From assembly GCA_977017645.1 (NCBI GenBank), contig OZ360225.1, positions 126,914,001 through 126,978,000 on the forward strand: a DNA stretch of 64,000 bases. Reading direction: 5' to 3'. Numbering within the stretch: position 1 is the first letter of the stretch; the number at the start of each line of letters is the position of its first letter. Of the stretch, positions 26,301 to 39,976 are shown piece after piece. The notes under the pieces were generated by a model. That model saw only the letters and a list, made by a program, of their open reading frames with translations. It made no database searches and was not told the origin of the DNA. Origin of the DNA: Torpedo marmorata (Eukaryota). The position numbers and the translations under genes are program-made.

Positions 26301-27314
26301 TCTCTCAGACAGCTGCAATCAACAGCCAGGTTAATTGCCTGACTTGTAGACCAGATTTATACTGCCCAAATATCACACACCACATTTTGTTTTGTTGTAA
26401 TTGACCAAGCTCCTGGGATCTTGAAAAACCTGTGCCATTCTGAGAAATATCATCTGGCAGCTACTTAGAATAGTGCTTTATTTTATAGGTGAAAATAAAA
26501 TGAGGTCAGAATACATACATAAGCAGAAACAATTTTATGTTAAGGAATGTGACAGCAAGCTCTAAAGCTGAGTATTAAACATAATGTTAATAAAAATTAA
26601 ATGTCAGCCATAAATGTAATACGTGCTGCTTAAGGACTTGCTTGTCAAAATATAGCATTTCTGAGGTAAAAGTATTTACAGAAAAAAATGTCCACTTTTG
26701 TCTCCTAACAATAGCTTTTGTCATGAAAACAGTTTTAAGAACGCAGTAGAAATTGAATATATTTGAATTTACATACAGGCATCCATTTAAAGCAGTTTCA
26801 TTCATATTTTATTTAAATTTATTGTGTTTTTCAAATACTCTAGTTGTCATATATTATATACAGTACATATAATATGTATACTGTACATGTCTGATAATAA
26901 TCAATTGCTCATCTTTATTCTATTATAAGATATATTTTCACAACATTGTCCAGTGATGCTATTGTCAATTTCAAGATAATTTAGTTTCCAATTGACTGGA
27001 AGATGGCGAAAATTGAAAGTTAAAATTAGAAGTGCTTATAATAAACAGCTGAAAAATGTCAGATGGTGCTGAGCAGGGATGAGATTGGAAAGGCTGGTAA
27101 ATGAGGTTTTCTGTTTGCCGTGAGATGTATGTGACATGCCTACCCAACAGCAGTGTAATATCCAACTGGAATAAAAGATTATCTGGCAATTTGTTGTTGA
27201 AGGAATACTGTGATACACTAGGAAATCAGCACCGCGCCTTTGTCTCTGATGTGTCTGATTTGTGTGTGTGTGTGTTACATGGAGTTGGCTAGACCTTTAT
27301 TCCAAATGTTTGTA

Positions 27315-30300
27315 CAGTACGTTTCCGAATATCTGAAATGCTTGGGACTGGACCTATCTCGGTTAAGAGGATTTTTCGGATATTCGGGAATTTTCCCTAA
27401 AGCAGCCCAGTATCATCAGGAGAATACTTGTATCGCCTATAGCAGATCCCCGACACCTCCCCACACAGTCGCCGATCCCCGACACCTCCCCACCGCCATC
27501 GCCAATCCTGCCTGGGAGCCCGAGGTCCCCGCTCCTGCTGAGGAGCCCGAGGTCTCACCTCACCTGTAAGTGATAGGAGGTTGCACAGGGATTGTCCTCC
27601 AGCAGAATTTCAGCGACCCCACTGAAAGGGTATTTGACAGAGGGAACGGCTCGGGCGAGCGGGGAGAGAGCGAGGCTCGGGCTGGGAGAGAGCACAGCTC
27701 GGGCGGGCGAGCACGTAGAGAGCGCGGCTCGGGCGGACGTGCGGGGAGAGAAAGCGGTATTCAATTCAAATTCTGATAATGCCACAATGCAATTTATCAC
27801 AAAGTTGCAGTAACTCATGGCAAAAAATGACAATTTATAATCAGAATCAGGATTTATTGTCATGAATAAGTCATGAAATTCAGTGTTTTGCGGCAGCATC
27901 ATAGTGCAAACATTCATATTATAACAATCTTACGACATTACTATAAAAAATATATATAAATAATAGTGCACGAAAAGTAATGCAGTGTCTTTGGTTCATT
28001 GATTATTCAGGAATCTGATGGCAGCGGGGAAGAAGCTTTCCTTGTGCCGTTGAGTGCTCGTCTTTAGGGTCCTCTACTGTAGCAGAGTGAAGAGGGCATG
28101 GCCTGGGTGCTGGGGGTCTTTGAGTATAGAGGCTGCTTTTTTAAGACACCGCCTCATGTAGATGTCCTCGATGGAGTGAAGTCTGGAGCCTGTGATGTCA
28201 CAGGCCGAGTCAACAACCCTCTGGAGTTTATTCTTGTCCTGAGAGTTGGCGCCTCCATACAAGGCACTGATGCAAAGAGCCAGAATGCTCTCCACGGTAC
28301 ACCTGTAGAGGTTTACGAGAGTCTTCGGTGACATACCGAATATCCTCAGACACCTCACAAAGAATAGCCGCTGGTGAGCCTTCTTTGTGATTGCATCAAC
28401 GTGGAGGCTCCAGGACAGATCCTCGGAGATGTTGACACCCAGGAATTTGAAGTTCTTGACCCTCTCCACTACTGAGCCCTCGATGAGGACTGGGTCGTGT
28501 TCCCCTGACTTCCTCCTGAAGTCCACAATCATTTCCTTGGTTTTGCTGACGTTGAGCGCAAGGTTGTTGTCGTTACACCATTCAACGAGCTGATCTATCT
28601 CTCTCCTGCCAACAACTGTGGTGTCATCGGCAAACTTGTATATGGCATTGGAATTGTGCCTGGCCACACAGTCATGGGTGTATAACGAGTAGAGCCGTGG
28701 GCTAAGCACGCATCCTTGGGGTGCGCCTGTGTTGATAATCAGTGAGGAGGAGACGTTGTTTCCAATTCGTACTGTGGTCTTCCGATGAGAAAGTGAAGGA
28801 TCCAGTTGCAGAGTGGGGTACAGAGGCCTAGAGTTTGTAGCTTCTTGACCAGCACTGAGGGAATAATGGTATTGAAGGACGAGCTGTAGTTGATGAAGAG
28901 CAGCTGTATGTATGAATTGCTGTTTTCGAGATGATCCAGAGCTGAGTGGGAGCCAGCGATTTTGCATCTGCTGTGGAGCGATTGTGACGATAGGCGAATT
29001 GCAGTGGGTCCAGTACTTTGCTTAGGTTCATGTTATTTCTGGCAATGACCAGCCCCTCAAAGCATTTCATCAGAGTAGAAGTTAGTGCTACTGGGCGGTA
29101 GTCTTTGAGGCAGCTCAACACTACTCTTCTTGGGTACCGGGGTGATTGATGCCCTTTTGAAGCAGGTGGGAACCTTTGACTGCCGCAATGAGAGGTTGAA
29201 AATGTCCGTGAACACTCCGGCTCGTTGGTTGGCGCAGCTTTTCAGTACCCCCCCAGGTACGCCGTCAGGGCCTGACGCCTTGCGAGGGTTCACCCTCTTG
29301 AATGATATTCTGACGTCGCGCTCAGAGACAGATATCACAGGGTCCTCAGCCTTTTCAGGGATTCTAGTAGGCACTGTTTGGTTCATCTTTTCAAAGCAGG
29401 CATAGAAGGTGTTCAGCTCATCGGGTAGTGAAGCATCACAGCCGTCTATAGTGTTTGGCCTCACTTTGTAGGCTGTAATGGCCTGCACTCCCTGCCATAG
29501 CTGGCGTGTATCTGTCTCTGTCTCTAGCTTCCTTCGGAATTGCCACTTTGCTTCAGAGATGGCCTTCCGCAGGTCGTGCCTGGACTTCTTGTAAAGATCC
29601 CATTCCCCGGCCTTAAATGCCCTTGTTCTCGCCCTCAGCAGGTTGCGAATTCTCTGATTCATCCAGGGCTTCTGGTCGGGGAACACCCCTATTTGCGCGT
29701 GGGCACACACTCATCCATGCAGGTCTTGATGAAGTCGGTGACACCTGTTGCATATTCATTCAGGTCTATGGATGAGTTCTTGAATATGTTCCAGTCCACC
29801 GATTCAAAGCAGTCCTGCAGACGTACCTCGCCTCCCTCGACCATACTTTCGCCATCCTCACCACTGGTGCTGTGGTCTTCAGACTCTGCTTGTACACCGG
29901 GTGTAGAAGTACAGCCAGGTGATCAGACTTGCCGAAGTGCAGTCGTGGTATGGCTCGGTATGCGTTCATCACGGTGATGTAGCAGTGGTCGAGTGTGTTG
30001 GTTCCCCTGATCTAGCATGTGATGTGTTTGTTGTAGTTTGTCAGAGATTTCTTCAGTTTGGCCTGATTGAAGTCTCCCACGATGATCGGGAAGGCATCAG
30101 GATGTGCTGTCTCATGGCTGCTTATCACAGTGCTCAGACCCTCCAGTGCCAGCCTGACATTAGCCTGGGGCGGAATGTACACTGCGACCAGGATGATGAT
30201 GGTGAACTCCCTCGGCAGGTAGAATGGGCGACACTTGATCGCCAGATGTTCCAGATCTGGGGAGCAGGACTGTGCACCACGATGAATTGATGATGACACA

Positions 30301-31183
30301 AACGCCGCCACCCCTGGTTTTTCCAGACGCCGGTGTTCGGTTAGCGCGATGGAGGGTGTAGCACTTGGGCTGCAGCGCCGTGTCCAGAATGTCTACGTTT
30401 AGCCACGTTTCTGTAAAGCACATCATGCAGCACTCCCTGATGACTCTCTGATGTTGAAGTCTGGCTTGGAATTCATCAAGTTTGTTCTCCAAGGATTGTA
30501 CGTTGGCCAGGAGGATGGTAGGGAGCGGAAGCTTCAGGTCCCAGCGTCTCAGCTTGACCTGTAGCCGCCCTCTGCGACCACGTGGTCGGGTCTTCTTTAC
30601 CTGGCCCGTGGGTCCGCTGCTGGTAGTTCCCACGGTGTTTAAATGGTCCATGTGCTGTCTCTTTAAATCCTCCGCGATGTTTAAGTGTGCTGAGTGCCTG
30701 CTGTCTGCGACTCCCGCGAAGTTTAAATGGCCCGTTTTCTGGCTGTTTAAAACTCCCGCGGTGTTGTTGTTTTATTTGCGTGAGCTGTTTAAAGGTTCCA
30801 CAGCCCGACGGAGACTGCCGATTCAAAGGTCTGCCAGCGATCTTAGTACATCCATGTTGTTGGGTAAGTTTGATTTTATGTTTCTCGTTTTATTGTTTGA
30901 TTTTTAGAAGTTCTGAACGGGAATATTTGATTATTCCCATCAGAGCTGCTCGTAAAGATTCGCTGCTGTAAGGCGCCATTTTGGTATACTGTCCTTTCCT
31001 TCAATGTGTAACCTGTGGACAAATGTCTCCTTTGTGAAACTGATTCCCTGTAGCCCCACTTGAGCACGGTGGGTAAATTTCTTTTCAACTTTTTTTCAAA
31101 TTGTGACGTCATGTCTCACCCGAAAACACTTTCGGATATTCGGAATTTCGGTTGATCGTTTTCGGTTCATCGGAAACGTACTG
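27315..31183. mobile_element. Tigger/pogo-type MITE (27315-27839 plus 30985-31183) interrupted by a LINE
   Basis: TA|CAGTACGTTTCCGA ... TCGGAAACGTACTG|TA, a perfect 14-bp TIR. Subterminal TTCGGATATTCGG repeats and GC-rich internal repeats. Confidence 0.88.
27840..30984 (-). mobile_element. Near full-length but disrupted Rex1/Babar family A LINE (APE endonuclease + RT)
   Basis: APE motifs LANVQSL, CFTETWL, GGGVC, AVYIPP, GDFN. RT motifs [35 protein letters not shown]. 5' end CCAAAATGGCGCC and short-repeat 3' tail. Multiple frameshifts and small deletions. Confidence 0.92.
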
Positions 31184-32339
31184 TATCTCAGGTAGAATAA
31201 ATTTAGCTTGAATTTCATTTGAGTGAAATAGAATGGCATTCATTACTGTAGCTTAAAAAAACTTTGACCATCAATAATGATCTAGGCATGCACAGCAGAC
31301 ATAAACATATAATTCTGTTTAGCACGTAAAACACAGTGAATGTTTACATAGGCTGATCTTTTTGTCAAATGTAGTGTTCTGAACTGAAGCAGATTGGAAT
31401 CCAGACTGCTGAGCTGGTCAAAGAGTAATATTGATTAATCTTACAAGCTAGCAAGAGGTTATCTAAACAGCCAAGAAGTAATTATTAGATTTATCAAGTT
31501 GGTTTGGTTTGCAATTTTTGTTTAAATTTCATGAAACAAGAACAATTTTTTGGTTGGTTGAAATTCTGTTTTATATCACTGCTTAATCCTTTTGTTCAAA
31601 TGCAAATCAAAGATTTTGGCCAGCAGAGCTTTGTTCCAAATTAGCACAGAAACATTTGTATATTTCCCATTATTTTATTTGAGTGTTTGTATTTTCCCTG
31701 AACTGATAGTGAAACTCTTTTTTTTGGGCATATGGAAACAAAAACGAGTTGCGCTGTTTTTCTAAAATATCAAAGTCTGGAATCAAGTGCAGTAAAGGTC
31801 AGAATTATCAGAATCGTATCATTGAATACAAAGGTGATATCTTTCTGCTCGAGCACCTATTAAATAAGAATTATGACTATGGATGTTGTTCTTCCTAATG
31901 AGTGGGAGGTGTTTACAGTCAGTTATCCATTCATAAATAAATCACCGATAAAGTTGAAACCAAATAAATATTGGGAATCACTACTTTTGTGTGAAGACAA
32001 ACTGACATCCATTTGAGAAAAAATACAATACCTGTTAATTATCATTGTATTTTGCAGTTGTTTCTTCCCATTTATCGATATGTGTAGCAAACAATATAAT
32101 GTGCTGTTTTGCTTAGTGTTAATAGAATGCATGACTTTCAGATAAAAATGCTTTAACTCTGGCTGTTTATTTGTAAAAAATTGAAATTGCCAGCAAGCAT
32201 ACCCCTTTAAATGACAATCTAAGTCCAAGTGGTCTTTGCGTCAGTTTACAGAAGTAAATATTTGTGGATAAAAGAGTGTTAATTTTTCTTTTGCTGGTTT
32301 GTTCATGTATTTGCATGCTGATAAATTATATTCTATTAG

Positions 32340-32476
32340 AAGGAACTGATGTGATATGTTCAGAACCTCAAGAAAGCCCTTTGGTGGAAAAGCGATCGCT
32401 ACCGCAAGGAGGAGATGAAGACCATCCTTCCAAAAGACCTCGCTCTTCTGGTAGCTGTAAATCCAGTCAGGAGCAG
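32340..32476 (+). CDS. ZFHX4: ZFHX4 internal coding exon (phase 1-0): (E)GTDVICSEPQESPLVEKRSLPQGGDEDHPSKRPRSSGSCKSSQEQ
   Basis: Tandem acceptor tag|aag| (start at 32340 or 32343) and donor GAGCAG|gtaaaa. It bridges the phase-1 upstream exon to the phase-0 downstream exon and ends in EQ just before the YQCPYC finger. Confidence 0.8.
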
Positions 32477-32632
32477 GTAAAAGACAACAAAAAAAATCTT
32501 CCTTCACTTGCATTTGTTTTTAAGATTTGCATTATATCGTCCAATTAATTGTTTGATATTTACTTTCAAATTATGTGTTCAGGTTTCCTGATAATTTTGA
32601 AAATACCTGATTGGCATAAGTCAATGTATAAT

Positions 32633-34810
32633 CATATAACCATATAAATTTACAGCACAGAAACAGGCTAGTTCGGCCCTTCTTGTCCATGCCGAACACA
32701 TTCTCCCACCTAGTCCCACTGACCCACACACAGCCCATAACCCTCCACACCTCTCTCGTCCATATACCTATCCAACTTTCCCTTAACCATTAAAATTGAA
32801 CCTGCATCTACCACTTCGGCCGGAAGTTCGTTCCACCCTCCTACCACCCTCTGAGTGAAGAAATTCCCCTTCATGTTTCCTCTAAACTTTTCCCCCTTCA
32901 ATCTCAATCCATGCCCTCTTGTTTGAATCTTCCCCACTCTCAATGGAAAAAGCCTGTCCACATTGACTCTATCTTTCCCCTTCATAATTTTAAATACCTC
33001 TATCAAATCACCCCTCAACCTTCTACACTCCAGGGAATAAAGTCCCAGCCTGTTCAACCTTTCCCTGTAACTCAAACCCAGAAACCCAGGCAACATTCTT
33101 GTAAATCTCCTCTGCACTCTCTCTATTCTGTTTATATCCTTCCTGTAATTCGGCGACCAAAACTGCGCACAATATTCCAAATTTGGCCTCACCAATGCCT
33201 TATACAACTTCAACATGACATCCCAACTCCTATATTCAATACTCTGATTTATGAAGGCCAACATACCAAATGCTTTCTTCACCACCCTATCTACGTGTGA
33301 CTCAACTTTCAGGGGATTATGTATGGAATTCCTAAATCCCTCTGTTCTACTGCACTTCTCAATTGTCTTCCATTTAACATGTATGACCTTTGCTGACTAA
33401 TCCTACCAAAATGTAGCACCTCACATTTATCAGTATTAAACTCCATCTGCCATGTTTCTGCCCATTCTTCGAACTGTCCTATATCCCCCAGCAAGCTTTG
33501 ATATCCCTCTTCACTGTCCACAACACCACCAATCTTCGTATCACCTGCTTACTTACTAATCCAATTTACCACCCTATCATCTAGATCATTAATATATATG
33601 ACAAACAACAATGGACCCAGTACCGATCCCTGAGGCACTCCACTAGTCACCGGCCTCCAATTTGACAAACAATTTTCCACCACTACTTTCTGGCATCTCC
33701 TATCCAACCATTGTTGAATCCATTTCACTACTTCGTCGTTAATACCTAATGCTTGAACCTTCCTAATGAGCCTCTTATGCGGAACCTTGTCAAATGCCTT
33801 ACTAAAGTCCATATAGACATCCACAGCCTTCCCCTCGTCAACCTTCTTAGTAACCTCATCGAAAAACTCTATGAGATTTGTCAAACATGATCTACCATGA
33901 ACAAAACCGCGTTGACTACTCCTAATCAATGCTTGTCTTTCCAAATATCTGTATACACCATCTCTAAGAACACTCTCCATTAGTTTACCTACCACCGATG
34001 TCAGACTCACAGGCCTATAATTTCCAGGTTTACTGTTGGAGCCCTTCTTAAACAGCGGGACAACATGAGCTACCCTCCAATCCTCCGGCACCTCACCCGT
34101 GGCCAGTTACATTTTAAATATTTCTGTCAGAGCCCCCACTATTTGTACACTAACCTCCCTCAGGGTCCTCGGGAATATCCTGTCAGGACCTGGAGATTTA
34201 TCCACCTTTATACTCTTTAAAATAGCCAATTCTACCTCCTCATTAATCTTTATATTATCTATGACCTCACTACCAGATTTCCTTACTTCACCTGGCTCAA
34301 TATTCCTTTCCTTTGTAAATACTGAAGAAAAAAATTCATTTAAAATCTCCCCCATCTCCTCTGACTTCTCACATAGCCTACCCGTCTGATCCTCAATGGG
34401 CCCAATTTTATCCCTCACTATTCTTTTGCTTTTAATGTACCTGTAGAAACCCTTTGGATTTATTTTTACCTTGCCTGCCAAAGCAGCCTCATATCTCCTT
34501 TTAGCCTTTCTAATTTCTTTCTTAAGATTTTTTTTACACTCCTTATATTCCTCAAGGACCTCATCTATTCCCTGCTGTCTATACCTGTTGTACACATCCC
34601 TCTTCCTCTGAACCAAATTCCCAATATCCTTTGAAATCCAAGGCTCCCTATATTTTCTAACTCTTCCTTTAATCCTCACAGGGACGAACCGACTCTGTAC
34701 TCTCAAAATTTCCCCTTTGAATATCCTCCATTTATCTGTGACATCCTTTCCTAAAAATAAATGATCCCAATCCACACCCTCTAAATCCTTCCTCATACAT
34801 CGTTCAAACT
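32633..34810 (-). mobile_element. CR1-clade LINE, 5'-truncated (2.2 kb), frameshifted RT
   Basis: [35 protein letters not shown] and LVRPNLEYC motifs across ORFs 34107-34814, 33549-34091 and 32710-33285. Confidence 0.93.
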
Positions 34811-35194
34811 TCAATTAATAGTAAAAGAGAATTGGTCTTAATTTTTGACAAGAATGCAAGAAATTCCTGAATTGTAAACAGCCTAATTTCAAAATACTGA
34901 AAATGACCAACTATTTGAAAGAAATACACTTGATTCAAAATTTTATCATGAAATGTGAGGACAATTTGATTAGCCACATTTTCTTTATCCATAATAGAAA
35001 TTACCCTTATAAAAATGAAGGAATAAACATTGTATTCAATTTCACTTTGTTTTATGTATGTACTAATAATATCTCAAAGCATAATGAAATGATATGCAAA
35101 TCCTATTTATATCATAAAACGGAGGACAGGAGATTTTTCTATTTTGTACCACCAGTGTTTAGTATAAATTGTATTATATGCTATTTGGTTTCAG

Positions 35195-35395
35195 CTTTAC
35201 CAGTGCCCCTACTGTAATTATAACAGTAAGGATGCAAACAGGATCCAGATGCATGTCATGTCCCAGCATTCCATGCAGCCAGTCATCTGCTGCCCTCTCT
35301 GTCAGGATGTCCTCAGCAACAAGATTCATCTCCAGCTCCACCTGACCCACTTGCACAGTGTGGCACCTGACTGTGTGGAAAAGCTACTCACAACT
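35195..35395 (+). CDS. ZFHX4: ZFHX4 exon with two C2H2-type zinc fingers (201 nt, phase 0-0): [67 protein letters not shown]
   Basis: Acceptor tttcag|CTT and donor ACT|gtaagc. CxxC...H motifs, and the peptide is highly recognisable as ZFHX3/4. Confidence 0.95.
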
Positions 35396-37461
35396 GTAAG
35401 CAGTTTAAAATTTATCTCAATAAACCAGGTTTTCTCTTGCAAACTGGAAATTGAAATCCATCCATATTTAAAATATATGTCTGCCAGTAGAAAATGTATT
35501 ACCCTTCACAGGATGCAAAATGTAATCCCATTGTGATTAATGTTGTATAATAATTAGTGGCTGTCAGATAATAGAAGATTCTGCATTTCCTCGCTTTGAA
35601 GTAAAATTATATAAATAAATCAGGAGTATTAGAATAAATATTTCTGATCTCTACATATAATGTAGTGTTCAAGAAAATGAATAAAAAAGCGAGATTCAAA
35701 GGAGAGCATGACACAAAGCAATGGTTGTAGAGCAAGTCAAATGTTAGCAGGATGTTGAGTGCAATTGTATAAAATATTGTAACATAAATGTATAAGCACC
35801 AGCTTCACAAGGAGGTAAAAGGCTACTAGAAAAAATGCAATGTCGACAGCAACAAGACTGTTTCAATGAAACCTTTTAGCCATGCAGAAAAAAACCCATT
35901 TTGAAGATGAAATAGATTTTTAAAGGAACTATTTATATAGAAGTGTAATGAGAGGAATAAGAGGAAACAGATGTGTGGTGTGAATACTTTAGGTGTTGCC
36001 CTTCCCTCAGTGGTAGCAATAATTGCCTCTGTCAGAAGTTTATGGTTTAAGTCCCACTCCAAAAGACCCAGACACATGCTAGATTGACTTGCTGGTGCAG
36101 AACCAAAAGGGTATTATTTTGAAAAAACAACAAATATGAAAAGCTGATAGGTTCTAAGAACCAATGAGACACCTTTTGAAATCTTCAAGAATGTTGATTT
36201 TTCAAAAAAATTTTGTAACTGGAGGAAATGTACTTATATAGTTAAAAGGTGACGTGAAGAACAGTTAGTTGATGTAGCATTGTTAGAGACGAATGATCAT
36301 TTTAAAGCACTCTTTGCATATTATCAATGTTCAATGTTCTTAAATTAAAAGCAACAGGTCATACCTACAAGATCCTGTAAGGAATTAACCAAATTAAATG
36401 GGATGCCTTATTAATATAATTGGATTTTAAGAAGAAATTTAATAAAATTCCACATCTACATTCATCAAAGAAGATGAGGACTGGGAATTTCCTTGCAGCT
36501 GTTCCCACTCTTGTGTTTTAACTTTGCCAACAGAAACCCCAGGAGCAGGTCTGAGGAAATTCCTCACCTTATGGCATTAATAACAAATGAACTAGCTGAT
36601 TTAAAATTCACCAAAAGAAGGCTAAAGTTGATAGAAAGCCTACATTTTGACGTTACTGATGTATGCACTCCCATTAGAGGTCCTTCTAGTCCCCAGCTGT
36701 TTATGCAGCTCTCAGGGAGAAGGGTATGTGCAGCAATATTATTACATTTACTAACAACATCAAGTTGTGTGGCAGGCTGAGTAGTATGAAAAAAATATAG
36801 CAACCAGAGAAATTTGGACACACTCAACAGTTGGATTAAGCTTAGTAAATAAGTTTTATTGGAAATAAAGGTAAAATAAAGCAAACTGAAATAGCAGGGA
36901 ATATCTGCATAAGAATGGGCTTCTTAATCCTGAACAAATCCATTGTATAAAGGGCACTTTATACAGTTTAGGGCATTTTTGTATTCTTATTCTGCTCAGT
37001 TTGGCAACTTAAGTGAAAATGTAAATATGAATTACATAGTAAATTTCTGGGAAACTAATAGCCAACATCTAGGTTATTATTCCCCAGAAAATATCCACTC
37101 CTCCAAAATTGATTATTATTATTTGTGGACAGTTCAGAAATAAATTCCATGAGTTTGTTCATAAATGACAAGATTATGCATTAATTGATTCGAAGGATGG
37201 CATTGACAGAAGTAAAACCTAAAAGTATGCCTGGTTAAATGGGGATGGGGTTTTATGAGTTTATAATTAATTGTGGCTCAGATAAGGAAGTGAATAGTGA
37301 GAAGTATAAATCATTGGGTAAATTACTTTCTCTTTCAGTTAACACTCACAGGGCAGAGAACCTCCTTGTTGTTTGTAAATGTTCACTGTTAGCTGTGTCC
37401 TGCATTAATCTATCAAAATATTTTACAAAGCCGCAGTTAATCTTCATACAGTTATACAGCA

Positions 37462-37580
37462 CGGAGTTAAACCAGAAAATCTGCAGATGCTGGGTCTAGT
37501 GCAATACGCAAAAGTGCTAGAGAAATTCAGCTGGATGCTACACGATCTGCTGAATTTCTCCAGCAGTTTTGTGTATTATA
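37462..37580. mobile_element. Short palindromic Penelope-derived remnant
   Basis: GCAAAAGTGCTAGAGAAATTCAGC is inverted with GCTGAATTTCTCCAGCAGTTTTGTG. Confidence 0.55.
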
Positions 37581-37850
37581 TAGCACAGTAACAGGCCCTT
37601 CAGCCCAACTAGACCATGTTGACCAATTTGCCTACCTGGGCTAGTCCCGTTTACTATTTCCCTCTAAACCTTTCCTATCTGTCTAAATGCTTCTAAATGT
37701 TGTGATTGTGCGCACCTCTACCACGTCCTCTAGCAGCTCATTCTGCATGCCCCAAACCTATATGTGAATAAGTTGCCTCCCAGATACCCTATAAATCTTT
37801 GCCTTTCACCATGAACGCATGCCCTCTGGGTGTAGACTCCCCTAGCATAG
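37581..37850 (-). mobile_element. Old CR1 3' end fragment
   Basis: AGCACAGTAACAGGCCCTTCAGCCC..CTAGTCCC pattern, as in the younger CR1 tails at 2040 and 32650. Confidence 0.6.
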
Positions 37851-39976
37851 GAAAATATTCCCATTCCCACTCTTTTATGGCAGGTAAACATTAACAGTCA
37901 ATGTTACATTAGAGAAGGAAGAGTGAAACTGGAGATTTAAAAGACAGCTGAGAATAAATTTACATGAAAATACTGCCAAGAAGATCCAAAAAACACTGGA
38001 GCTTTTGGATACGGTTGATTAATTGAATTGTCTATTATTGTTATGTGTACTGTGATACAGTACAGTGAAAAATGCTGTTTTTGTGTGCTATCCAGGCAAG
38101 TCAACTCAAGTGCAATGGGTAGTTCAAAATAAAAGTACAGAATTACCAAGTTCACATGTATCACTAGTGCATTGAGGAGAGGGGAGGGACAGAATTCCCA
38201 AACCCTCAGAGAGGGACAAAGACTGGATAATGGAGAATATTACTCACAAGAGAGATGTCTTCTGAGCTAGGGGACCATGGAGACACTACACGATTACAGC
38301 CAGCACTCATTCCAGGGAGGTGTGTGTAAGGAATAATACCTGATGAGACCAGCCGATGAATGCTTGCACTTTGGGAAGGTTTGCAGAAGTAGAAAATTCC
38401 CATGCCTGTTCCTGTGGGTCAAAGTCTTCTCTCCTTTGGTGACCACCCTGATGAGGCATCCAATAAACTTTGTGATTATGCAAATTACTAGCCTGGAATG
38501 ATCCTGCTTCCAGTAAATTGAGAGTAACTGTGATTTTGACCAGTTGTGAGAATGATCTAGGCAGGCCCGTGTACCTATATTTGAGATTATGGGATGTCAC
38601 AATTCACAGTGAGGAATCTCTTAGTGAAGTGATTCTAGTCAGAAGCTTCTCGCTATGAGCTTGTTTCTCTACAACCTATGGGTGGATAAGATGACCCTGT
38701 GCCTCCTCTCCCAAGCTGGTCCTGTGGTTGCCTGTGATGCCTCTGACATCCGTGGACCTCCTTGATGCCATACAGCAAGAGTAGTGTTGGTAGGCGAACC
38801 CCAAATGCAGGTTAGTTTTGAAGACAGAAATGTTGTTAAGAATGTAAGGAGGAAATTTTAAAGTGTGAACAGAACATAGAATAAGCATTAAGGCTTTCAG
38901 TGTGCTTTGGAGCAGACTGGCAAAGAATTCAGTTTGTGGGTTTACCTTTAAATAACATTGTTCCAGAGTAAACGGGATGAGTAAAGTATTACTGTTCCTT
39001 GAATAAACAGATCTTGAAATCAATCTTAAGCTGAAAATTGGGTGCTGCACAATTGTTGTTGTTGATACGGTTGTTGGCCAAAACACTGCTTCAAGCACCA
39101 AGACATGATAGAAATTTAAGGATCAAATTTTACATGTGATGAGGTGTGGAAGTGGATTCAATCTTACCTCGATTGTGGTTAAATTTATTTTTGACTTTTG
39201 AGCACTATTTGGTCAGTGTCATTGGAATGAATTTCTAGACCATCGTGCAGAAGCACGTGCAGTACAGATAGATAATTGAATACATGGACAAACACAGCGT
39301 ATTAGTTTTGTGAGTGAATTAGGGGGTCTTCTATGATTCTGTAATTTTCAATATTCCTATTGTGTCAATTATGTTTAAAGAAATAATTGAGAGAAAGACG
39401 CATGGCTTCATCCTCAGTTTATTTGTATCTTCAATCTTGTATTGATTTTGAAGCAGTCACAGAGAATTACATACATAAAATATACCGCACAGGGTTGTTT
39501 TCATACTTCTCTCCTGATCCAGAGGTATTCTGGTATCAACTGGGTTGAAATAGCTCTTAATCTTGCCTTTATGCCTCCCTCCAGGATTTGTGCAGACACT
39601 AATCTGATAATCTAGCGCAATGGGAGTACTCTATTATTTGAAGAATTGTCCTTTAGCAGAAATATTACTCCAGAGCCACAAATGCCTGTTCAAGTTGTTG
39701 AAATGGGTTTTATATAGATCTCATGGTACTAAATAAGGCACAGGGAGCTGCAGGTTGCAATCCACCCCACCAAAACAGAACAACCTTTCAATTATCTCAT
39801 TGCTGGTTCTGGGTCCTCGTCATGTGTAGAAGCTGTACTTTTTGTGCCACCAAAATAATAGCCACTAAATTCAAATGTATTTTTATCCAGCATAGATTAA
39901 GGTAGTTATGTGAGGTTGGGTAAACATTTTGGTGTGACATATGAATCAGTTTTCCTATGCTATTTCACTTTATATA

